In this document: piece by piece, positions 17,658 to 24,623 of the stretch
Layout: each line of letters begins with the position of its first letter
Numbering within the stretch: position 1 is the stretch's first letter
Assembly: GCA_965261995.1 (NCBI GenBank)
Contig: CBDHEH010000001.1
Span: forward strand, 6,036 to 70,035
Source: Dehalococcoidia bacterium
GTDB lineage: Bacteria; Chloroflexota; Dehalococcoidia; Lucifugimonadales; Lucifugimonadaceae
Length of the DNA stretch: 64,000 bases
Direction of reading: 5' to 3'
Program-made: the position numbers and the translations under genes
The notes under the pieces: model-generated
Seen by the model: only the letters and a program-made list of their open reading frames with translations
What the model was told of the DNA's origin: nothing
Database searches by the model: none

Positions 17658-18575
17658 ATGAACAGGCACTTTTTGAAGTTTCGCGACCTACCACCGGCGG
17701 AGATTTCTCCGTTGTTGTACCGGGCGATTGAACTGAAGAGTGGTGCTGAGAGTCGAGCGTTGAAGGGGAAGTCGGTCGCTCTGATGTTCGAGAAGCCGTC
17801 CCTGCGCACGAAGTTGTCTTTCTGGATTGGGGCTGAAAAACTCGGTGCCAAGCCGGTGTACTTTTCTCCCGAAGAGGTCGGGCTTGGAAAGCGCGAGCCA
17901 GTTGCTGACGTAGCGAAGGTGATGGCGAGTATGGCGGATATGGCCATTGTTCGCACGTTCGCACAGGTTACGCTGGACGAGTTTGGGGAGAACAGCGAGA
18001 TCCCGGTCATCAACGCGTTGACTGATGGCGAGCATCCCTGTCAGGCGTTGGCGGACGTGATGACGATGTTGGAGATACGCGGGTATCTTGACGATGTGCG
18101 CGTCGCGTACATTGGCGACGGGAATAACGTTGCGGCGAGTCTCTCGTACGCGGTCGCCGGACTGGGCGGGGACATCTTGGTGGCATCGCCGAACGGTTAT
18201 GAATTGCCGTACGGCTTGCGCTCTGATGTCGGAGACTACACGTCAGGGGTTGCGAAGATGGGTAGTGTTATACAGATGCGTGACCCGATTGAAGCTACTA
18301 GGCATGCAGATTTCGTCTACACCGACGTGTGGACGAGCATGGGTCAAGAAGCTGAGACGGCGCAGCGTTTGAAGGATTTCCACGGTTACCAGGTGAATCC
18401 TGAGCTGATGGAGTTCGCGAAACCACAGGCGCGTTTCATGCATGACATGCCGGCCCATCCTGGTGAGGAGGTTTCTGAGGATATGCTGTCGCACCCGTCG
18501 TCAGTGGCATATCAACAGGCCGAAAACCGGATGTGGGCGCAGATGGCGTTGATGGAGCACATCGTCCAGAGTTAA
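17658..18575 (+). CDS. argF: Ornithine carbamoyltransferase
   Basis: KSVALMFEKPSLRTKLSF (STRT-type motif), HPCQALAD, and the DVWTSMG region. Confidence 0.92.
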   Translation: MNRHFLKFRDLPPAEISPLLYRAIELKSGAESRALKGKSVALMFEKPSLRTKLSFWIGAEKLGAKPVYFSPEEVGLGKREPVADVAKVMASMADMAIVRTFAQVTLDEFGENSEIPVINALTDGEHPCQALADVMTMLEIRGYLDDVRVAYIGDGNNVAASLSYAVAGLGGDILVASPNGYELPYGLRSDVGDYTSGVAKMGSVIQMRDPIEATRHADFVYTDVWTSMGQEAETAQRLKDFHGYQVNPELMEFAKPQARFMHDMPAHPGEEVSEDMLSHPSSVAYQQAENRMWAQMALMEHIVQS

Positions 18576-18580
18576 CGGTA

Positions 18581-18650
18581 CCCTCACCCTAACCCTCTCC
18601 CAGAGGGAGAGGGGACAATTAGAACCTTTCCCAGTGGGAGAGGGGACAAT
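18581..18650. repeat. REP-like family A copy plus an adjacent half copy
   Basis: CCCTCACCCTAACCCTCTCCCAGAGGGAGAGGGG, followed by CTTTCCCAGTGGGAGAGGGG. It starts 6 nt after the argF stop. Confidence 0.85.
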
Positions 18651-18668
18651 GCAGCAACCGCAATCAAG

Positions 18669-19988
18669 ATGTCGCTACCAGTAATAGCCATAGTCGGACG
18701 CCCCAATGTGGGGAAATCGACGTTGTTCAACCGCATCGCGGGCAGCCGGATCGCGATCGTCAGCGACACGCCGGGGACGACTAGGGACAGAGTTTCAGTA
18801 GACGCAGAGTGGCTAGACCGTCGTTTCATGCTGATTGATACGGCGGGCATCGAGGATGTGCCGTCGGCTGAGTTGCAGCTGTGGGACGAAGTCAGGACGC
18901 AGACGGAACGGGCGATCTACACAGCTGATGCGGTGATCATGCTTGTGGATTCAGCAGCAGGTGTGACGGCTTCGGATTATGACGCCGCGGATTTGTTGAG
19001 GCGATCGGGGAAGCCGTATGTGTTGGCGGCAAACAAAACTGACAACACAACGCGATTGGCGGAGTTATACACGTTTGCGTCGTTGGGCATGGGAGAGGCG
19101 ATTCCGATAAGCGCATATCACGATATCGGTGTGGCGGAGATGATGGATGAGGTGTTCGAACACGTCGATGATGATGTTGAGGATGAGATACCCGGGGATG
19201 TCATCCGTGTTGCAATCGCCGGGCGCCCGAATGTTGGGAAATCGGCGATCTTCAACGCGCTGACTCACGAACAGCGATCGATTGTAAGCGCGGTGCCGGG
19301 TACCACTAGGGATACGGTGGATGCCGTGTACGAGTACCAGAACAGACCGATGATGTTTCTAGACACCGCCGGGTTGCGCCGGCGCGGGAAGACCGAGCAG
19401 GGTATCGAGAAATACAGCGCCATACGCACCATCGGAGCTATCGAGAGGTCGGATGTTACGATCCTCGTCTTGGACGCCGCCGAGTTCGTGACCGCCCAAG
19501 ACACTCACATTGGGGGATATGCTCGTGACGCTCACAAGGCAGGGGTGGTCGTTGTCAATAAGTGGGACTTGTCAAGGGAGGTAGGAACGTCGTTTGACGA
19601 GGCGATGGACGAGATTAAGGATAGGTTCAAGTTCATCGTGGATGCTCCGGTGTTGTTGACCTCCGCGGTCACTGGCCGTGGTATCAACCGGATACCCGAC
19701 GCCGTTATTCGCACGTTTACCCAATTCACCAAACGCGTCGACGGTTCGGAGGTGTCAAGAACGCTGTACGCAGCACTGGGTGATCGGCCCTTGCCCGCGC
19801 ACGGTAGAAGGCGGGTTCGCATATCGGCAATCGAGCAAGTGGCGATACGTCCGCCGACATTCGTGATAACCTGCAAAAACGCTGAATATCTGCATTTCTC
19901 ATACAAGCGGTACTTGGAAAACAGGATGCGAGATGCGTTCGGATTCCAGGGATCGCCGATCAGAATGCTGTATCGTGACACTGCTTGA
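18669..19988 (+). CDS. der: Ribosome-associated GTPase Der/EngA
   Basis: Two G domains (GRPNVGKSTLFN and GRPNVGKSAIFN) plus a KH-like C-terminus. Confidence 0.95.
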   Translation: MSLPVIAIVGRPNVGKSTLFNRIAGSRIAIVSDTPGTTRDRVSVDAEWLDRRFMLIDTAGIEDVPSAELQLWDEVRTQTERAIYTADAVIMLVDSAAGVTASDYDAADLLRRSGKPYVLAANKTDNTTRLAELYTFASLGMGEAIPISAYHDIGVAEMMDEVFEHVDDDVEDEIPGDVIRVAIAGRPNVGKSAIFNALTHEQRSIVSAVPGTTRDTVDAVYEYQNRPMMFLDTAGLRRRGKTEQGIEKYSAIRTIGAIERSDVTILVLDAAEFVTAQDTHIGGYARDAHKAGVVVVNKWDLSREVGTSFDEAMDEIKDRFKFIVDAPVLLTSAVTGRGINRIPDAVIRTFTQFTKRVDGSEVSRTLYAALGDRPLPAHGRRRVRISAIEQVAIRPPTFVITCKNAEYLHFSYKRYLENRMRDAFGFQGSPIRMLYRDTA

Positions 19989-19994
19989 GACCAA

Positions 19995-20672
19995 ATGAAC
20001 GAATGGTTGGCGTGGGTGATAATCGCACCCGCAGCATATCTCATCGGATCGATACCGGTGGGCCTCATCGTCTGCAAGATGTTTGGAGGCGTCGATCCGC
20101 GTGAGCATGGCAGCGGTTCTATGGGTGCCACCAACGTGTTGCGAACCGCTGGCAAAAAAGCGGCGGCGTTAGTGTTCGCACTGGATTTGGGGAAAGGTGC
20201 CTTGGTTATTGCCCTTTCGTTGATTCTCGCGCCGGAATCATTTCTGCTGCATGGGATAGCGGGAACCTTAGTTATTTTGGGGCACACTTGGCCAGTGTTT
20301 GCGGGGTTCAAAGGTGGGAAAGGCATTTCGCCTGGTTGGGCTGCGCTGGTGGTGTTGTCGCCGACCGCGGGCGTCGTCACGATGATTGGTTTGGCGATTG
20401 CGCTGTTGACGCGGTATGTTTCGCTCGGATCGATTATCGGAGCGTCGTTGGGTATCTTGGCGTTGATCGTGATCGCGATCGTCGATGTCCCGATAACTGA
20501 CAGCTTCGTGCTGAGGGAGCCAATCGAATACTTGGCCTTTGCAATCCCTACGGTCGTCGTGATCCTCTTCAGCCATCGAGAAAACATAGCCCGACTACGC
20601 AAAGGGACGGAGAACCGCCTCGACATAAACGCCGCGGAGGGGCCATCGACCTCCGGCGGACAGGGAGCCTGA
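19995..20672 (+). CDS. plsY: Glycerol-3-phosphate acyltransferase PlsY
   Basis: GSIPVGLIV...GSGSMGATNVLR...GKGISPGW, with a polytopic profile. Confidence 0.92.
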   Translation: MNEWLAWVIIAPAAYLIGSIPVGLIVCKMFGGVDPREHGSGSMGATNVLRTAGKKAAALVFALDLGKGALVIALSLILAPESFLLHGIAGTLVILGHTWPVFAGFKGGKGISPGWAALVVLSPTAGVVTMIGLAIALLTRYVSLGSIIGASLGILALIVIAIVDVPITDSFVLREPIEYLAFAIPTVVVILFSHRENIARLRKGTENRLDINAAEGPSTSGGQGA

Positions 20673-20676
20673 TCCG

Positions 20677-21696
20677 ATTTCCGCAATCGGGATCATAGGT
20701 GCTGGTTCATGGGGTACTGCTTTGGCCGTGTTGCTGGGGTGGCAAGGGAACGAGACGCGGTTGCTCGCCCGGACTGAAGAGCGCGCTGCTCAGTTAGATA
20801 CGGACCGCGAAAATAAGCAGTATTTAGAAGGAATGATGTTCCCTGATTCGATGTCGGTCCACCACGAACCCAGGCGCGCGCTATCAAATACCGACTGCGT
20901 GATCATTGCCGTCCCGTCGGTTGCGATGCGGGAAGTCATCGAATCTCATGTTGCGGAGATTGCTCCAGATTCGATCGTCGTCAGCGCCACTAAAGGGCTT
21001 GAGATCGAGAGTGGCAAGCGGATGAGCGAGATTATTGCTGAATGCATATCGGCTCGCCATTCTCTGTCAGTCGAGGAAGCGATGACCAATATCTGCGCCC
21101 TCTCCGGTCCCAATCTTTCGGTTGAGATCGCGATTGGATTGCCGGCGCTTGCGACCGCTGCGTCGGTTTCGATCGAGACAGCTGAGCGGGTCCAGATGAT
21201 GACCAGTGGAGAGCGGTTCCGCGTCTATGCATCTGACGACATCATTGGTGTGGAGTTAGGTGGAACGTTGAAGAACATCATCGCAATTGGCGCGGGTTTC
21301 GTTGATGCATCAGGATTGGGTGCGAACCTGAAAGCGGCATATGTCACGCGAGGGTTGCACGAGATAACGCTGTTGGGATTGGCTCTCGGCGCGAAACCGA
21401 CCACATTTGCCGGTTTGAGCGGGATTGGCGACATGCTGACGACCTGTTACAGCCCTTTGAGCAGGAACTATCGGCTGGGCACGCGACTGGCGGAGGGGGA
21501 TAGTGTAGAAGAGGCGTTAGAGTATTTGGGTCAGACCGCGGAGGGGGTGCCGACGACTCGGGCGACGTTGCGGATCGCGCGGCAGCTTGGTGTCGAGATG
21601 CCGATAACGGAGACGGCGCACAAGGTGATGTTTGAGGGGGTACCGCCGACGGAGGCGATGGGGGATTTGATGCGACGGGAGTTGCAACGGGAGTAA
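20677..21696 (+). CDS. gpsA: NAD(P)H-dependent glycerol-3-phosphate dehydrogenase
   Basis: Resembles the GpsA family throughout. The Rossmann motif GIIGAGSWGTALA is encoded at 20689-20727, upstream of the first ATG/GTG/TTG (TTG 20722). After the in-frame TAA (20626), the only start candidates are ATT 20677, ATC 20686 and ATA 20695. GGGAG lies 9 nt before the ATT. The 5' coordinate is therefore tentative. Confidence 0.8.
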   Translation: MSAIGIIGAGSWGTALAVLLGWQGNETRLLARTEERAAQLDTDRENKQYLEGMMFPDSMSVHHEPRRALSNTDCVIIAVPSVAMREVIESHVAEIAPDSIVVSATKGLEIESGKRMSEIIAECISARHSLSVEEAMTNICALSGPNLSVEIAIGLPALATAASVSIETAERVQMMTSGERFRVYASDDIIGVELGGTLKNIIAIGAGFVDASGLGANLKAAYVTRGLHEITLLGLALGAKPTTFAGLSGIGDMLTTCYSPLSRNYRLGTRLAEGDSVEEALEYLGQTAEGVPTTRATLRIARQLGVEMPITETAHKVMFEGVPPTEAMGDLMRRELQRE

Positions 21697-21781
21697 CCGA
21701 AGTGCAAACGTTTGTTTCATCCAAACCCAGTGGTCATCGGGACCGATCAGGTATCATTTCGTTCACAGAGGTTAGCGCGCG

Positions 21782-21955
21782 ATGGTCGCAATCATTAAAA
21801 ATCACGAAGAAGTCACTCGGCAAGATGTTGTCGAGTTGATGCGCGAACTCCCCACGGACCAGCCATTGCCAGACACTCCTGAGACTAGGAAAGCAGTTGT
21901 CGAGTTCATAGCGGTGATGTACGGAGACGCTCTTCGAGAACTTGCGAAGCACTGA
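21782..21955 (+). CDS. Candidate 57-aa antitoxin upstream of doc
   Basis: Below the track cutoff. MVAIIKNHEEVTRQDVVELMRELPTDQPLPDTPETRKAVVEFIAVMYGDALRELAKH. Its position 75 nt upstream of a Doc/Fic gene on the same strand supports the call. The competing antisense track ORF 21734..21958 has no support. Confidence 0.45.
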   Translation: MVAIIKNHEEVTRQDVVELMRELPTDQPLPDTPETRKAVVEFIAVMYGDALRELAKH

Positions 21956-21980
21956 CACTGGGTGGTAACGTCGCTATTCG

Positions 21981-22007
21981 TTGAGCCCCTGGTTCTCAGG
22001 GGCTCAA
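21981..22007 (+). promoter_or_regulatory. Perfect 11-bp stem-loop between the putative antitoxin and doc
   Basis: TTGAGCCCCTG-GTTCT-CAGGGGCTCAA followed by TTAGTTGTTG. Read directly from the sequence. Confidence 0.5.
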
Positions 22008-22029
22008 TTAGTTGTTGCGCCGATCAGTG

Positions 22030-22689
22030 ATGAGTCAGGATCTCATAGTACCTAAGGCACCAGTGTGGTATCCAGACAGGGCTTTTGTTGAGTTCGCCAC
22101 TCAAATCCTCGTCCCTATCCTGTTCGAAAATTACGACGGCGGCGAACCGGACTTCCAGTACATCGGCGGCGATCAAGGCCGAGGGCTTTTGGAGTCATCC
22201 CGCGCTCGTCCCAAGCCGCTTTTTGGCCGGGAACGATATCCGGCAATCGAACAGAAAGCAGCCGCGCTGATCTGGTCAATAACGAAGAATCATCCGTTCA
22301 ACCACGGTAACAAACGCGCGGCTTTAACTACAGGGTTCTGTTTCCTAGTTTTCAACAGGGTGTTCGTGGTTGCCCAACAATCGGACGCGGTAGACATGTG
22401 TCTCGGCGTCGCTGCCGGTAAAGAAGGTTACGACGAATCGTACATCGCTTCATGGTTGCGTGAAAGATGCCAGTCGATCGACGAAGTCGCCGCAGGGGTT
22501 CTACGAGATTCGTTGGGCGTACTCGAGTCTCAACTTACGGATGAAGATGCTTCGGCGTGGAGTTACCTGTACGCGATCATCGCGGCCGTATTTCACGGAG
22601 ACGCTAGGATGTTGGAAGACCTCAATGCACGCGCAACTGCCGTAGTCTCGGATCAAACCAGTCGCGTAGCCAGTCGCCGAGGAAGTTGA
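22030..22689 (+). CDS. doc: Fic/Doc family toxin (death-on-curing-like)
   Basis: The Fic motif HPFNHGNKRAAL matches the HxFx[DN]GNKR core. ATG 22030 is used; the track ORF opens at TTG 22012. Confidence 0.8.
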   Translation: MSQDLIVPKAPVWYPDRAFVEFATQILVPILFENYDGGEPDFQYIGGDQGRGLLESSRARPKPLFGRERYPAIEQKAAALIWSITKNHPFNHGNKRAALTTGFCFLVFNRVFVVAQQSDAVDMCLGVAAGKEGYDESYIASWLRERCQSIDEVAAGVLRDSLGVLESQLTDEDASAWSYLYAIIAAVFHGDARMLEDLNARATAVVSDQTSRVASRRGS

Positions 22690-23548
22690 AGCCCATGACG
22701 ACGAGGAATATGGCGATTCCGGGCATGGTGCTGATCCACCAAGCGCGGGAGAGGTGTTGGCGACCGTCTGCGGCCATGATGCCCCATGCAGGGGTATCTG
22801 GTGGCACACCGACGCCGAGGAAGCTGAGGGTGGATTCGGTGAGGATGAGAGAGCCGACGCGGAGGCTGCCGATGACGAGGATGCTGCCGACAACGCCAGG
22901 AAGGATGTGGCGGAAGAGGATACGCGATAGGGATGCGCCTTGGATGCGGGCGTAGCTCACGTAGTCGGATTCGCGGAGGGTTAGGGTTTCGGCGCGAACT
23001 ACACGGGCGAAGTTGTCCCATCCGAAGAGTATGAGCAGGACGATGATTAGTTCGAGGCTCTGGCCGAATACGACAACGACGACGAGGGCGACGAGCAGGA
23101 ATGGCATTGCGAGGGTAAAGTCAACGGCTCGCATGGCGACTTGGTCTATCCATCCGCCCCGGAAGCCGGCCAATAGGCCGATAACGGTTCCCCCGATGCC
23201 GCCGGCGAGGATTACCGCGGTGGAGATGATTGTTGAGACGCGGGCGCCATAGATTGCGCGGCTGAGGATGTCACGGCCCTGGTGATCAGTCCCGAGCGGG
23301 TTTTCCCATGATCCACCCTCCATGAACACCGGAGGTGTAAATGCAGCCCTAAGGTTGCCCCTCAGGGGGTCATGCGGAGACAGTTGCTCGGCGAATAGCG
23401 CGCAGACGATCATCAGAACGAGGACGGCGAAGGGAACGACGGGGTAGCGTCGCGTCAACGACCAACCGACGCGCAACGCCCGCAATACCGGGTTGCTCGG
23501 CAGTGTGTCGTCGAGAGGCGACGGCACGTATGTTGCTTCAATCGACAT
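22622..23548 (-). CDS. ABC transporter permease (DppC/OppC type)
   Basis: 308 aa, six hydrophobic spans, and an EAA-like loop region ...YARIQGASLSRILFRHILP. Confidence 0.88.
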   Translation of the reverse strand: MSIEATYVPSPLDDTLPSNPVLRALRVGWSLTRRYPVVPFAVLVLMIVCALFAEQLSPHDPLRGNLRAAFTPPVFMEGGSWENPLGTDHQGRDILSRAIYGARVSTIISTAVILAGGIGGTVIGLLAGFRGGWIDQVAMRAVDFTLAMPFLLVALVVVVVFGQSLELIIVLLILFGWDNFARVVRAETLTLRESDYVSYARIQGASLSRILFRHILPGVVGSILVIGSLRVGSLILTESTLSFLGVGVPPDTPAWGIMAADGRQHLSRAWWISTMPGIAIFLVVMGFNFLGDWLRDWFDPRLRQLRVH

Positions 23549-23560
23549 TCGAACAGGTCG

Positions 23561-24478
23561 TTAATTCAGGCGGATTCTCGGGTCTAGCTGTGCGTAGAGG
23601 AGGTCGACGACGAGGTTGAGCAGGATGTAGAACGATGAGAAGAGAATCACGATGGCGCTGAGGACCGGGAAGTCGTTGTTTTTGATGGATTGAACAGCGA
23701 GGCGGCCGACTCCGGGCCAAGCAAACACGGTTTCAATCACTACGGTGCCGGTAAGGAACGCGGCGAATATGAGGGCGGCGACGGTGAGTGGTGGAATTAT
23801 CGCATTGCGAAAACCGTGGGACCAGATTATTTTGCCGGGTGAGACACCCTTGGCCCTGGCAAGTTTGATGTACTCGCTGTCGAGGACGTTTAACATGGCA
23901 CCGCGGGTTATGCGCATCAATCCGGCTGCTGGGAGCCAGCCGAGGGCGACTGCGGGCATGATGAAGTGATCCCAACCTTCATTTCGACTAGATGGCAACC
24001 ATCCCAGTGTCGCGGAAAAGATTAGGATCATCATTATCCCAATCCAGAAGACCGGAACTGACTGTCCAAGCAGCGCGAAACCGCGAACGCCGTAATCAAT
24101 GATGGAACCGCGTTGAACTGCAGAGATCACACCCATTGGAATGCCAATTAGGATCGCGACGCCGAACGCGACGCCTCCCAACTGCAGCGTGTTGGGAACT
24201 CGTTCTCGAACTAGACGGAGGCTTGGCACGTCGTAGTAGAGAGATTCGCCGAAGTCGCCTTGGAGGGTATCCCAGAGCCACACTCCGTATTGGACGTAGA
24301 GGGGTTTATCGAGTCCCATGCGCTCGCCCCAAGCGTCCCAGGCCTCAGGAGTGGCGTATTCATCGAGATAGATGTTGCGAGGATCGCCAGCGGCGCGGGA
24401 CAGGCCGAAGACGACGATCGTAATCAGCAACACGATCGCTACCCCGAAGGCTAGACGGTTAACGATGATCCGCCACAT
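23561..24478 (-). CDS. ABC transporter permease (DppB/OppB type)
   Basis: 305 aa. MWRIIVNRLAFGVAIVLLITIVVF..., ...YIKLARAKGVSPGKIIWSHGFRNA. Confidence 0.88.
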   Translation of the reverse strand: MWRIIVNRLAFGVAIVLLITIVVFGLSRAAGDPRNIYLDEYATPEAWDAWGERMGLDKPLYVQYGVWLWDTLQGDFGESLYYDVPSLRLVRERVPNTLQLGGVAFGVAILIGIPMGVISAVQRGSIIDYGVRGFALLGQSVPVFWIGIMMILIFSATLGWLPSSRNEGWDHFIMPAVALGWLPAAGLMRITRGAMLNVLDSEYIKLARAKGVSPGKIIWSHGFRNAIIPPLTVAALIFAAFLTGTVVIETVFAWPGVGRLAVQSIKNNDFPVLSAIVILFSSFYILLNLVVDLLYAQLDPRIRLN

Positions 24479-24581
24479 GGTCGTTGTTCAGCAGTCGGTG
24501 AGACTGCTGGAAACCTCTTTTCGACGTGCCGTGGCCACCCGTTTTCTGGGACCGAACCCCGATTTGGTGTGGCCACCGCGT

Positions 24582-24607
24582 GTCGGCCGGCTAATTCGCC
24601 GGCCGAC
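24582..24607 (-). promoter_or_regulatory. Intercistronic stem-loop just downstream of the binding-protein gene
   Basis: GTCGGCCGGC-TAATTC-GCCGGCCGAC, a perfect 10-bp stem, 17 nt after the SBP stop on the transcribed strand. A second 8-bp hairpin CAGCAGTC/GACTGCTG lies near 24491-24510. Neither has a U-tract. Confidence 0.5.
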
Positions 24608-24623
24608 ATCGATTTTCTCGTCT

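Noticed and set aside
19532-20686. 384-aa minus-strand ORF in the track.
   Set aside because: It is entirely antisense to der and plsY, which have unambiguous family signatures. Its translation is low complexity with no recognisable motif.
21734-21958. 74-aa minus-strand ORF upstream of doc.
   Set aside because: It has no SD or family resemblance. The plus-strand 57-aa ORF in the same interval fits the antitoxin position, so I preferred that one, with only moderate confidence.
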